Shown: positions 10,801-20,166 of the stretch, in pieces
Numbering within the stretch: position 1 is the first letter of the stretch
Layout of the letters: every line of letters starts with the position of its first letter
DNA from: a virus
Taxonomy: Duplodnaviria; Heunggongvirae; Uroviricota; Caudoviricetes
DNA: 64,000 bases
IMG/VR virus record: IMGVR_UViG_3300009537_004349
Reading direction: 5' to 3' (one strand)
Program-made: the position numbers and the translations under genes
The notes under the pieces: model-generated
The model's database searches: none
What the model was told of the DNA's origin: nothing
The model's input: only the letters and a program-made list of their open reading frames with translations

Positions 10801-13713
10801 CAGAATTGCACCTGATACATCTTGTCTAAGTTGTCTAGTTAACCATGGGGAACCATCATCTGCCGTAACATCCATAACAGATGTTGTAGCATTTCCATTG
10901 TCATCTACAATAAGACTTGACGTAGAATTGGCACTTGTGCTCAAACCAACCCTACCCTGCACAATCATGCCGTTAGTTGGTGCAGAGCTTGAACCAGAAT
11001 AAGATGCTCCTATTGCAATATTGCCTTCAACATCAAGTGTATTTACAGGATTAGATGTGGAGCCAACCATAATTTGAGAGTTAACTTGGAGATCGTTTAC
11101 AACAATGACTTTGCCAGTACCCTCAATCTGAAGTCGATTTATAGAATTAGTTTGAAACTGGATATCTCTGATAGAAGAGTTGTGCCCAATATGTAAACCA
11201 GTATCATTCAGTTCATAATTGGCTGTATAGCCGCCCGCTCCGGCCGCTGAAAATGTTTGATGTGCAGAAGCAGTATCTCCTCCACTAAATCGAGCTACAG
11301 TAACAGAGCCACTCGGAATGTCGGCAGCGCGAGAGGCAATAAACTGTCCTTGTGTAAGAGTCAGGCTGCCATTTTCTCGATTATAATAGAGGTCGTTATC
11401 ACCAGCAATCTCACCATCACCAGTAAAGAATGCTATGTATCCATCAGCACCAGTAAAACCAGAGGTTTGGGAAACATTTCCACTTCCACCGGTAACGGTT
11501 AAATCATAATCAGTGCCAGCATCGTTAGTAAAATGTACAGTGCCATCGGATTTTACCCATAATGAGCCATAGCCATCATGGGTGCGATTGAAGATATCTT
11601 GTTCTTCTAACGACAAGATGCCATTAATAGTAAGAGCTTCGTGCGGGTCTGAAGTGCCTATACCAACTAAAGTTCCTGTATTTCCGCCAGCCACTCGTAT
11701 ACGTTCTGTTTCTCCGGAGCCGCCGCCTATACCATTATCAGTTGCTATGGCTACTGAACCTCCGACCTCTCTGTTAGTTAGCATTATCAAATCTGCATCT
11801 GATAAACCGCCAGCGCTACCATATTTTAGTCCATATCTTGGTGTACCCGAACTAGGCATGAGCTGGAACCCACCCCCAGTCAATATGTGACTATCAGCAT
11901 ATATACTAACATTTGTTACTGGCGAGGCCGCACCAACAGCAAAAACTCCGTTGGTATCTAATGACCAACCATGATTCATAGTGACTGCAGAACCAGCTGC
12001 TATTCCACTATCATAACGTAAGTAAAATATATCGCCGCTTTTTAAAAACTCATAATTAGAGCCAGCGTCGGCACTTCTGTGTGCAACGCCATCGTAATAC
12101 TTGTCGAATTGTATCCAGATAGAGTCGTGAGTATAATTCAATATCTGCAATAATGGAAAGTTATCGTTAACTGTAGTAAACTGTAAATGTGGCCCATCAA
12201 CACTTGCATTATCCCCATCAAATGCCATCATAGCAGCGCCAACACTGGCATGTGGCACTGTAGTAGTTCTTACACCCACCTTATGATCTTCGGTGAATGT
12301 CATAACTATCGAGTCATCAGGATTGTTGTTAATATCAGTAGCTATATGAATTTCGTTAAATTCGCGAGTGGATAATACTACTCCGCCGTTGTTGTCTGAG
12401 GTCCATGAGTCAATAAATACAAAGCCACCACGACTGACTGTGCCGCCGTCGTCATGTACACCTAGAGCAGAACCACCACCACTTGGGGAATAGCCCACTA
12501 TATCTAAATTACCATATCCGCTAGTTGCCAACCCTCGCAATCTAAGTAATGCCACGCTATTTGTAGCATTTATAGTGTTTTCTATTTCTAGACTAGCATC
12601 TGCTCCTGCTGAACCTCCAGTGTTGATAATTTCCAAAAATGGACCGGCACCTGCAGAGGTAGAAAAATTAAAGGTGCCGCTACTTGTTATAGAGCTTGTA
12701 CCATCAAAGTATGTAACTTGCCCAGAAGTACCAGAGCCAGTAATTGTGCCAGAACTATATCCATCTAATGCTGTTCGAATTGTTTCAAATGTTTCAGTAA
12801 GATTTTCATTTAGTATGTTTCCGCCGATATTTAAGTCCTGTGTAATGAATGCATTGCCATATACCTGTAACTCACCACCAAGCTCTAAAGTACTTGTTTC
12901 TCGGTCATAGAAGAAATCATTATCACCAGCAATCACGCCAGGTGCAATAAAGAAAGTTACATAACCATCAGCACCCTCAGTGAAATCTACATTACCAGTC
13001 CCTGTGCCACCAGTGATAAGAAGATTGTAATCGGCTCCGGTGCTATCTAGGAAGTGCAAAGCTTTGTCACTAGAATCCACATAGACCTTGCCATAGCCCA
13101 CTTCGTCAAGAGGCGGGGTTGCAAGTTCGGGTAATTTCAATGCACCAGATATTTGTAGTTCGTCGCCAGCATCAAAAATTACATTTCCAGTTATTGGATC
13201 AATGGATAGAAATCTTTGTTCTCCCTGAACAAAGATTAGGCTGCCCTCGTTGCCAGTTGTTTGATCGATGCCTATACGCCAATTGAAACCAGTGCCGGTT
13301 TCGGATGCGTCAGATGTAATATGAATGCTGCCAGGACCTACATGGACTGCTTCCCAACGTTGCGTTGGGGTACCTAATTGCCCACCTAAATCTAGCTCAG
13401 GAACAATATAGCCATCAACAGTTAGTCGATGTGTAGGAGCTTCTGTACCAAGACCTAATCGATTGTTTTCTCTATCCCAATAAAAATCGTTATCGCCGCC
13501 TATGCTATTAGGCCCAGTATAGAAAGTCACATAGCCATCAGCGCCGTTGCCCAGATCAAACCCCTGCGGCCCAATACTCATAAGAATATTGCCCGAACCT
13601 AAAGGATTCCCTATGTAGAGACGTTCTGTGTCTAAGGTAAAAGCCATCTCTCCAGCATCTAAACTGGGCAAGTCTGGTTGATTACCTCTTCTAATCTGGA
13701 TTTTATTGGACAA
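7882..13713 (-). CDS. Long modular tail fibre-like protein
   Basis: 1943 aa, TTG start; N-terminal KIQIRRG..LPSLDAGEMAFTLDTERLYIG resembles Mtd/hyaluronidase-type fibre N-termini; six GADGY modules; C-terminal FTITLP..IIIKN..ITID..DTIDG fibre tip domain. Confidence 0.8.
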   Translation of the reverse strand: MSNKIQIRRGNQPDLPSLDAGEMAFTLDTERLYIGNPLGSGNILMSIGPQGFDLGNGADGYVTFYTGPNSIGGDNDFYWDRENNRLGLGTEAPTHRLTVDGYIVPELDLGGQLGTPTQRWEAVHVGPGSIHITSDASETGTGFNWRIGIDQTTGNEGSLIFVQGEQRFLSIDPITGNVIFDAGDELQISGALKLPELATPPLDEVGYGKVYVDSSDKALHFLDSTGADYNLLITGGTGTGNVDFTEGADGYVTFFIAPGVIAGDNDFFYDRETSTLELGGELQVYGNAFITQDLNIGGNILNENLTETFETIRTALDGYSSGTITGSGTSGQVTYFDGTSSITSSGTFNFSTSAGAGPFLEIINTGGSAGADASLEIENTINATNSVALLRLRGLATSGYGNLDIVGYSPSGGGSALGVHDDGGTVSRGGFVFIDSWTSDNNGGVVLSTREFNEIHIATDINNNPDDSIVMTFTEDHKVGVRTTTVPHASVGAAMMAFDGDNASVDGPHLQFTTVNDNFPLLQILNYTHDSIWIQFDKYYDGVAHRSADAGSNYEFLKSGDIFYLRYDSGIAAGSAVTMNHGWSLDTNGVFAVGAASPVTNVSIYADSHILTGGGFQLMPSSGTPRYGLKYGSAGGLSDADLIMLTNREVGGSVAIATDNGIGGGSGETERIRVAGGNTGTLVGIGTSDPHEALTINGILSLEEQDIFNRTHDGYGSLWVKSDGTVHFTNDAGTDYDLTVTGGSGNVSQTSGFTGADGYIAFFTGDGEIAGDNDLYYNRENGSLTLTQGQFIASRAADIPSGSVTVARFSGGDTASAHQTFSAAGAGGYTANYELNDTGLHIGHNSSIRDIQFQTNSINRLQIEGTGKVIVVNDLQVNSQIMVGSTSNPVNTLDVEGNIAIGASYSGSSSAPTNGMIVQGRVGLSTSANSTSSLIVDDNGNATTSVMDVTADDGSPWLTRQLRQDVSGAILVTFFDASGNFLIRNQHSTGDLQFSTADASPAHMVLTDAGSLGIGTVSPSETLDIHKGGNYQLRLTSPDEGGGFWNIAQTDQAWAAGAQRLILVPDATSSLNSVLTILNTNGHIGLMTNDPHERLTINGVISLQEQDEYNRTHDGYGSLWAKSDGKLYFTNDAGTDYDLTASGGSGNVSQTSGFTGADGYIAFFTGDGEIAGDNDLFFNRATNDLYLMSGGKLGIGTTSPSDSLDISEDGSTQLRLHRNSQVNGAGGGMRFAANNDAASPTDYVQMFGRRVDTDDGDFILQVLQSGAMGTVLRIDEAGRMGINTGLASLTESLETSGAIIIGDAAGTTNGTIRYTGTDFEGRVSGAWESLTTGGGGGDVSQTSGFTGADGYIAFWTGAGEIAGDNDLFYDRVNNRLGIGSSTPDSTLQIVNGAPGIYTLSIESVSNDVNAVFRIKDNSPGQTLNIGINFVNSANSAIGQISYLMSSDTLQFRADSTDIMWATGTGVGIGIGASSPARVLEVRDDTSNAGRLRITSTATVGGSYSGLEFFGKDGSASTFGGGLFREQSTDDITLWTSGGAVLTGQNSTGYVGIGTTVNEKLTVDGVVSLQETTSPSDTAGYGKVFVKSSDSKLYFRDDGGTEYDLTAAGGGGGDVSQTSGFTGADGYIAFFTGDGEIAGDNDLFFNRETHSLYLTGQGDSSHGRVGIGTTTPRVRGLEIARENGEETGNAQLAITSYSTNGVRSTFDLASARGTLLSPSAIQSGDLLGTLGFAGYATSFQTAISIDGVATELWSGSGEGSRLQFQTTANGETARSVKMVIDGSGDVGIGTESPHEKLTINGILSLEEQDDYDRTHDGYGSIWAKSDGKVYFTNDAGTEYDLTSGGGGGAPQYTITTVKTGAYSASFDEVVRADPSGGGFTITLPTASGSTGSTIIIKNVTSSTNIITIDTTGSDTIDGFASVQIEEGYTAWTFVSYGGTEWGRI
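10193..11490. repeat. 95-bp perfect direct repeat (10193-10287 and 11396-11490), plus an adjacent 29-bp identical block
   Basis: Direct comparison; offset 1203 bp = 401 codons; second block 10295-10323 = 11498-11526. Confidence 0.95.
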
Positions 13714-13814
13714 GATAAAGCCTCGATATTATTGAAATTTTATCGTGCCTTCATCTTAACAGCACAGGATACACGGATACCAACATATATCAAATTATTA
13801 ATATAAACGCCGCT

Positions 13815-16800
13815 TTAGAATGCTCCAGCGTCAAAATCTCGTGTATTTTCGAAGGTGTCAAGGAAATTTCCCCCATCAATATCGAATGCCGTCAGGTCTA
13901 TATTTTCTCCATTATCCCGCTTGAAGAAAATCCTGCCATTATCGATACTTACATATAATTTGCCGTAACCTAATTCTTCCTCAGGCTCTTCTTGTTCGCC
14001 TAAACTTATGACACCTTCAACAGCAAGTTTGGCATTTGGTGTATCCGTTCCTATTCCTAATCGATTGTATTCTCGGTCCCAGTATAAATCATTATCGCCT
14101 GCTATTTGATCAGGACCAGTAAAAAATGCTACATAACCATCAGCACCTTGTACAGATGTCACATCTCCTGTGCCTGTACCTGTACCTGTACCCGCTCCAA
14201 CTATTTCCCATACAGCAGAGCCTAATGCGTTATCATGGCATACATATAATTGATCCGAGATGCGATTGAACCAAAATGACCCTATGGCAAAATTAATATC
14301 CGTATCACCACTAGCATATCCATCATCTATGCTGGTAGGGTCAACACTAGCTAAAAATGTCTGCCTTTGAAATCCTGAGTGCCCACTTAAATCATATTCT
14401 AAATTAGACAAATTGCTATGCGATGACGGACTTCCAGTAGCCGTGAAAGATATAGAGCGTAAATCTTGATAGTCATCACCAATTTCAGTTGATACAATTA
14501 TAGCTTGCGGAGTATTGGTATACGCATTTCTACTTTGAAAGATAACAGCACCGATCGGCACAAATTCTGCAAAAGGCAATCCGCTTACTGAGAATTCTGT
14601 AGCTGCCGCACGAGCATCACCCTTATTACCAAATTGTGCCTGTCCCTGAATTGCTACAATTGGATTTTCAGTATCATTGGTTGCAATAATATAAACTAAT
14701 ATGTAGCTTCCATTACTAACTTCGGTAAGTTGCCAAGTAGAACCTGTAAACTCATTAAATGGCAATCTACCATTGTCACCATTGTAACCAACTGTACCAG
14801 AATATATAACTGGAAAATCATCTGCTGCTTTTTTTCGCCAAACCCCACTTGCCCCCGAACGATACAAAACAGGTATTTGTGCAATAGGAGACAAATTCTG
14901 TGGACTATCATCAGTAATGGTGTGTGCTATATCTTCGTCCCTAATTTCACCATTGCTTACCGAGAATTCTGCATGAGCAGCAGAAGAGCCGTCTCCGTCA
15001 ACTGAAAAATTCCCTAATGCCAAACCCGAAGAATATTGTGCACCGAATGATTTGTGCAGATGAAGATGAGTTGCCCAGTCCATAGTTAGACCATGACGCT
15101 CATCTGCAAAATATATATGCTTATTATTGTCAGCGTCCCAGTATATTATAGAGATGTACGCATATTCTTTCAATAGGTCTTCACTAAAAGTAGTGGTCAC
15201 ACTTAGTGTAGTGCCATCATAGTATATATAGTGTAGCCCCTCGGTATCTGTTATATCTACAGTTTCAGTGCTTGTTATAGTATATTTAACTCCCTTGATA
15301 TAAAAATCGAAGGATGTATCTACAGGGGCTATGGAAAATCTTAGAAGCGAATCATTAAAAGATATCGTACTATCAGTTCTGTTCGGAAAACCAGTAGGCT
15401 CTGAAGTTATATCGGTGTAATCTAGCCCATAACCATCTGCTGCAGCATTCAAGTACTTAACTGAGTCATTCCAAAAGGTCTTATTTTCTTGAAATGTGAT
15501 ATCCGGTGCATACCCATCTAGGGATTGACGAATTACCTGGAACGTTTCGCTTAAGTTATCATTATATATGGCTCCAGCAACATGTATATCACCATTTACA
15601 TCTAGCCTATAGGTAGGTGATGATGTTCCAATACCAATAAACCCATCTCTATCAACATAAATGCGGGTGCTAATATTGCCCGAGGTGTCTTCAGTTCTTA
15701 TTTGGAGATTGCCGCCAGCGCCAGACCAACCAGTACCAGAGCTTATCACCTGTATCGTGGCATCAATACCAGTACTAGAACTTCGACTAAAGGTTAAGTT
15801 TTCTGTTCCTAATCTACCAAAAATATTAGTCCCATCAGTACCAATAACTTTGATTGCGGTGGAATTATCACTTCCACCAGTATTGCCAAATACGGTAAGC
15901 CCATAGCTGGTATCAGGGGATGATGTACCTATTCCAACATCACCCTCTACAATTAAACCATTAGTGGGTGCAGAAGAAGTGCCTGAATAAGTTGCCCCAA
16001 TAGCAACGGCGCCCTCTATATCAAGTCTATTTACTGGGCTAGCAGTTCCTATACCAACATTACCAGTAGAACGAGCTGTGATTATTTCAGTAGAGCCAGC
16101 GTTTCCTTGCACCACAAAAGCGTTGCGCGACGAACTATTATCTTGATCGATAATCTTAAATGAATCGGCACCACCTGTAACTTTTGATTCATAGAGAAAG
16201 AATTGATTGTCAACTTGAAGTGCGCCAGTTTCTACACTACTAGTCTGCATAGAGATATTAAGACCAGTTTTATACGTACTAGTATTGTCTATTATAACAT
16301 CTACTGCAGCAATAGGATTATCGTTGCCTATACCAACTAGGCCATCTGGATCCACAACCATTTTAGTTGAAAGCGTTCCAGCATTATCAGTTTCAAGATA
16401 AAATTTACTAGAGTTATCTGCCCCATCTCGTTCAAAACCAAGGCGTCCAACTATTTGTGTTCCGCCACTATCACCAATGCTATAATCGATGTGGGCACCA
16501 AATCCATCACTAATACTAGCAGAAGTAGAACGAGCACTAATGCCCATTGTCCCTATGTGGGCATTAGTTGATGATGTACTTCTTTCTATGTATGCTGATG
16601 GATATGTAGAAGATACTACTTGTAATTGTCCTGCTACATCTAAATCTACGCTTGGACTAGTAGTACCTATACCAATACGTTGGCTAGAATCTATTATCAT
16701 AGCCATGAGATTATTGGTATAAAAATGTATTGGGGAAGAAGTATCTGTTCCTACTAAAAATCTAGATGCACTAGAAATTTGTATTTCTGCTGCATCTGTT

Positions 16801-18362
16801 CTAGCAATACCATCCACACTGCTTGCGGTATAGCCTGAGCTAAATGCGTATATTTGAAAACTATTTGAATCGCCCGAAGTTCCTATCTGAGCAAAGGCGC
16901 CACTCCCTGTATTTGTATTTTCAACGAATAACTTTACACGAGAGTTTAGAGAATCGGACAAATGGAATGGCTCACTTGGGGTTGAAGTTCTAATACCTAG
17001 ACGATTATTTCCGTCATCCCAAAAGAAATTAGCAGCATCTCCGCCAAAACTTCCGCCATTATTGTATTGTACAGCACCATCTCCGCCACCTGGAGAACCG
17101 CCGCCGCCGCCATAACCATCTGCCGCAGTTGTTAAATGATGAATTGCTTCATTCCAAAAGTTCTTATTTTCTTGGAATGTTATTTCTGGTACCCCTCCGC
17201 TGCCACCTGTGCTATTAATCGTAATCTCGTTAGCATCAGATGATAGTGAAATATTAGTTCCTGCTACCAAAGATTTAAATTGTAAATCTACGCCCGATTT
17301 GGTTCCAAAGACTCCTTCGCCGCCGCCTAGATTGCTCGCAGTATTAGATTCACCGCTAGCACCTTTAATCCATGAACCTGTAGGATGCGAATCTGTATAG
17401 CTGTACATCTGGTCTTCATCAGCAACCCAGGCTGTCCACCCCTCATCAGGTGTGGTAAAGTCCCATGATGAACCATTATACTGGGCTATCTCTTCTTCAT
17501 GTCCTGCCCATGCACCTGTAGCAGTACCACCACCGCCTGCAACTATATATCTATCTCCAGTTGTTGGAAAGCCAGGGGGAGTAAGTAGGTCCTTGTCCAG
17601 AACCGGGCTACGGAATTCTTCACCAATGATATTATCATCAACATACTGTTTTGTAGCTAAATCAGTAGAAGACACTGGATATATGCCGCCAACTGTGCCA
17701 GTAAAAGCACGAGTTCCATCTACTCTGCTATACTGTGTATGATCATCAGCATCCAAATCAGGAAGGTCGCTGTGGCTTATCTCATCGCCGCCGCCAGATG
17801 CATGCTGATCGGCGTGAATAAATGGGTCACCACCATTGGGTTGGTGTTGCTGGGCATGAATAAACTGATCCCTACCTCCGGGACGATGTTGTTCTGCGTG
17901 AAGCTCAACATGATGTTGATCTTCGAAAACATCCCGAAGCTCGGTGTGTCTAATTTTTCTTCTGATTTCTAGAGGAAATAGATTGATTTGTCCGTTAGGC
18001 TCTTCCTCTACACTTAAGACAGTACCTAATTGTTGTGATATAACATCATCATCATCTAGGTCTAAAGGGTTTTCAAACGTAATCTGGCCATTAGTGCCTA
18101 CGAAAACATCGTCATTGATGCTTGCGTTAGTTGTGTCAAAGCCTATGACTGGGCCACCTACTTTAACTATACCTGAAGCACCATTCTCGATATCCTCGCG
18201 CACGACACCAATGGCCGGCATACGGGATTCATCTCGATTGTCGGCGAGAGCAATAGTAGACAGCTTTGATTCATCATCAAAGCTGTTAATGTAGACGACG
18301 CTGCCTGCTACAAGTGTCGCCCCCGTGTTATTAAGTGCGGTAAGAATAGTACTCTTTGCCAT
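13815..18362 (-). CDS. Virion fibre-like protein with His-rich repeats and DUF2793-like domain
   Basis: 1515 aa; HAxQHxxGGxD repeats; PPGFPTTGDRYIV..GAWAGHEEEIAQY..WDFTTPDEGWTAWV is DUF2793-like; one GADGY module near C-terminus. Confidence 0.75.
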   Translation of the reverse strand: MAKSTILTALNNTGATLVAGSVVYINSFDDESKLSTIALADNRDESRMPAIGVVREDIENGASGIVKVGGPVIGFDTTNASINDDVFVGTNGQITFENPLDLDDDDVISQQLGTVLSVEEEPNGQINLFPLEIRRKIRHTELRDVFEDQHHVELHAEQHRPGGRDQFIHAQQHQPNGGDPFIHADQHASGGGDEISHSDLPDLDADDHTQYSRVDGTRAFTGTVGGIYPVSSTDLATKQYVDDNIIGEEFRSPVLDKDLLTPPGFPTTGDRYIVAGGGGTATGAWAGHEEEIAQYNGSSWDFTTPDEGWTAWVADEDQMYSYTDSHPTGSWIKGASGESNTASNLGGGEGVFGTKSGVDLQFKSLVAGTNISLSSDANEITINSTGGSGGVPEITFQENKNFWNEAIHHLTTAADGYGGGGGSPGGGDGAVQYNNGGSFGGDAANFFWDDGNNRLGIRTSTPSEPFHLSDSLNSRVKLFVENTNTGSGAFAQIGTSGDSNSFQIYAFSSGYTASSVDGIARTDAAEIQISSASRFLVGTDTSSPIHFYTNNLMAMIIDSSQRIGIGTTSPSVDLDVAGQLQVVSSTYPSAYIERSTSSTNAHIGTMGISARSTSASISDGFGAHIDYSIGDSGGTQIVGRLGFERDGADNSSKFYLETDNAGTLSTKMVVDPDGLVGIGNDNPIAAVDVIIDNTSTYKTGLNISMQTSSVETGALQVDNQFFLYESKVTGGADSFKIIDQDNSSSRNAFVVQGNAGSTEIITARSTGNVGIGTASPVNRLDIEGAVAIGATYSGTSSAPTNGLIVEGDVGIGTSSPDTSYGLTVFGNTGGSDNSTAIKVIGTDGTNIFGRLGTENLTFSRSSSTGIDATIQVISSGTGWSGAGGNLQIRTEDTSGNISTRIYVDRDGFIGIGTSSPTYRLDVNGDIHVAGAIYNDNLSETFQVIRQSLDGYAPDITFQENKTFWNDSVKYLNAAADGYGLDYTDITSEPTGFPNRTDSTISFNDSLLRFSIAPVDTSFDFYIKGVKYTITSTETVDITDTEGLHYIYYDGTTLSVTTTFSEDLLKEYAYISIIYWDADNNKHIYFADERHGLTMDWATHLHLHKSFGAQYSSGLALGNFSVDGDGSSAAHAEFSVSNGEIRDEDIAHTITDDSPQNLSPIAQIPVLYRSGASGVWRKKAADDFPVIYSGTVGYNGDNGRLPFNEFTGSTWQLTEVSNGSYILVYIIATNDTENPIVAIQGQAQFGNKGDARAAATEFSVSGLPFAEFVPIGAVIFQSRNAYTNTPQAIIVSTEIGDDYQDLRSISFTATGSPSSHSNLSNLEYDLSGHSGFQRQTFLASVDPTSIDDGYASGDTDINFAIGSFWFNRISDQLYVCHDNALGSAVWEIVGAGTGTGTGTGDVTSVQGADGYVAFFTGPDQIAGDNDLYWDREYNRLGIGTDTPNAKLAVEGVISLGEQEEPEEELGYGKLYVSIDNGRIFFKRDNGENIDLTAFDIDGGNFLDTFENTRDFDAGAF

Positions 18363-18406
18363 ACACCATCACGGCGAACTTGCATACTACGCTCTCTCCT
18401 TTGAAT

Positions 18407-18643
18407 TTAGATTCCAAACTTTGCTTGTGGACGAACAACAGCATTGCCAGTTTCAATAGCAAAGTCTAGTTCATAACCAGACAATTCACCAAGGCTCAAG
18501 TCCAGTACATTCTCCACAGCTGCGAATAGCTCCTGCTGAGTTACGTCACCATCTAGATTCAAATCGTCAGCAAAGACGCCATGAGAACGACCATCGTGCC
18601 TTACGTGCACCTGGTTTAGGGTTTGTCCGTTAAAAGTAATCAT
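18407..18643 (-). CDS. Small possibly beta-grasp/ubiquitin-like protein
   Basis: 78 aa; VHVRHDGRS...YELD..TGNAVVRPQAKFGI recalls small bacterial proteins ending RPEAVFG; fold is inferred only. Confidence 0.4.
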   Translation of the reverse strand: MITFNGQTLNQVHVRHDGRSHGVFADDLNLDGDVTQQELFAAVENVLDLSLGELSGYELDFAIETGNAVVRPQAKFGI

Positions 18644-18906
18644 TGTTTCTTACCTCCTCGACGTTTCTTTTTATCTCGTCGCTTTTTCTTTTTAACTGGT
18701 TCTTTCCAAGTTTCCTTGTTATCTTCCCACTTCTTATCAACGCGCAACTTACAATTCTTACATTCTGGCATATCTCTGTAAGAAGGATTCAAGGGACACT
18801 CTTTGTATTCTAATCCATGCCACCACAGAACACTTGACCCAAGAGGACAATAAAATGCACTCTTGGGAGCAGCTATGCCTGATTCGTCTCTGTGGTTATT
18901 GGACAT
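18640..18906 (-). CDS. Cys-containing protein with very basic C-terminal tail
   Basis: CPL..CPL..CKNC and KKKKRRDKKKRRGGKKQ; short overlaps with both neighbours. Confidence 0.6.
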   Translation of the reverse strand: MSNNHRDESGIAAPKSAFYCPLGSSVLWWHGLEYKECPLNPSYRDMPECKNCKLRVDKKWEDNKETWKEPVKKKKRRDKKKRRGGKKQ

Positions 18907-20096
18907 TAATCTGTTCCCATGCCTATAGCGATATATCTGTTTCCGTCAAATATCTTTTTGGCTATCTCTTGAACTTCATCAGCTGTTACGGCATCAATCT
19001 CAGCCATGTAAGCTGAGTCAAAATTCATACCGTAGAAAGCCTCGTGTATCATCATACTTGCTGTAGACCCTGAAGTGTCAAAAGCCCCATATAACGCACT
19101 CTTTAATCTATTCTTTGCTCTCTGTAACTCTTCTTCAGTGGGAGGCTGATTAACTACGCCGTCGACCACATTTAGTATAGCATTTAGCACATCGTCTTTT
19201 TTGTCGGGCTCTGTTTCCGTTTCGATTGTAAATAACGTTCCATCCATCATGTCGTGCCAGGAGGAGTGGATTCCGTATACTAAGCCCAGGTCTTCTCTGA
19301 TTCTTAAGAATAGTTTCGAGTCATCATTTGCGCCAAAGAATGCATTAAAAACTTTGCATGCAGCTCTTTTATTTCTAACTAAGTCGTGTATCTCTTGGCT
19401 TCCATACGAAATACTTACGTTAGTTTGAACCACCCCTTCTTTTTTTATTACGCCTACTATGCCCTCTCCATATTCGACTTTATCAGCAATCGGGGCAAAA
19501 CACAGAACATCATTCGGAACACCTAAATATTTTTCTACCAGATGCTCATGATTATTTCTTGCAACCAGTGTAACCAGCATATGTTCTGTGGTATAAAACT
19601 CTTTATTAAAAGCTACCAAATCTTCTCTGGTAGTATTTCTAACTGTTTCCTCAAATCCTAAAACTGGATACATTAAACCGTTAGAAAATGCCCACTTCAT
19701 TACTTCTTGATATACATTATCGTCTAAGTCATCGTCATATGCTCTAATCTCTTGGCACACAACCTCTCGTTCCTTAACCAGCTCATCCTGTGGGAATGTA
19801 GGATAAACTATGTCGTTCATTGCTTGAAACGCTTCCTCGATTTTTTCGTCTGGGATTGTAATGTGATATGTAGCTATATCCTCAGAAGTCCAGGCGTTCA
19901 TAGACCCGCCATGAAAAGCCACGAATTGTAAGAGTTCTTTCGCGGTTCTATTTGCTTCACCTTTAAATCTCATGTGCTCCATAAAATGAGCTATTCCACA
20001 CGGATAATCCTTTCCAAATTCATTCCTACTCCCGGCCCCATAGGAAACCATTAACGTTGCTAAGCGGCTGGGATGATTACGATATTGATACTTCAT
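18906..20096 (-). CDS. M16 (insulinase/pitrilysin-like) zinc peptidase
   Basis: GAGSRNE, inverted zinc motif HFMEH, NAWTS, LFLRIREDLGLVYGI. Confidence 0.92.
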   Translation of the reverse strand: MKYQYRNHPSRLATLMVSYGAGSRNEFGKDYPCGIAHFMEHMRFKGEANRTAKELLQFVAFHGGSMNAWTSEDIATYHITIPDEKIEEAFQAMNDIVYPTFPQDELVKEREVVCQEIRAYDDDLDDNVYQEVMKWAFSNGLMYPVLGFEETVRNTTREDLVAFNKEFYTTEHMLVTLVARNNHEHLVEKYLGVPNDVLCFAPIADKVEYGEGIVGVIKKEGVVQTNVSISYGSQEIHDLVRNKRAACKVFNAFFGANDDSKLFLRIREDLGLVYGIHSSWHDMMDGTLFTIETETEPDKKDDVLNAILNVVDGVVNQPPTEEELQRAKNRLKSALYGAFDTSGSTASMMIHEAFYGMNFDSAYMAEIDAVTADEVQEIAKKIFDGNRYIAIGMGTD

Positions 20097-20166
20097 AATT
20101 CACCTAATTGCTGAAAAATACATAGACGTAGCTACTAATATAAGGCTGAATATTATTAGTTTTTTA

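Larger units (their letters stand above)
520..14150 (-). repeat. 12 dispersed copies of the (GA/AG)DGY(V/I/L)xF(F/Y/W)..I(A/G)GDND(L/F/M)(F/Y)(W/Y/F)xR protein module
   Basis: Copies near 520-575, 3230-3295, 4520-4590, 7120-7190, 7790-7855, 8785-8845, 9610-9675, 10190-10250, 11390-11455, 12915-12980, 13485-13545, 14080-14150. Confidence 0.95.

Noticed and set aside
7882-13713. Diversity-generating retroelement target (Mtd-like N-terminus plus repeats)
   Set aside because: No reverse transcriptase in the window; repeat copies are identical or differ at synonymous positions, not adenine-specifically
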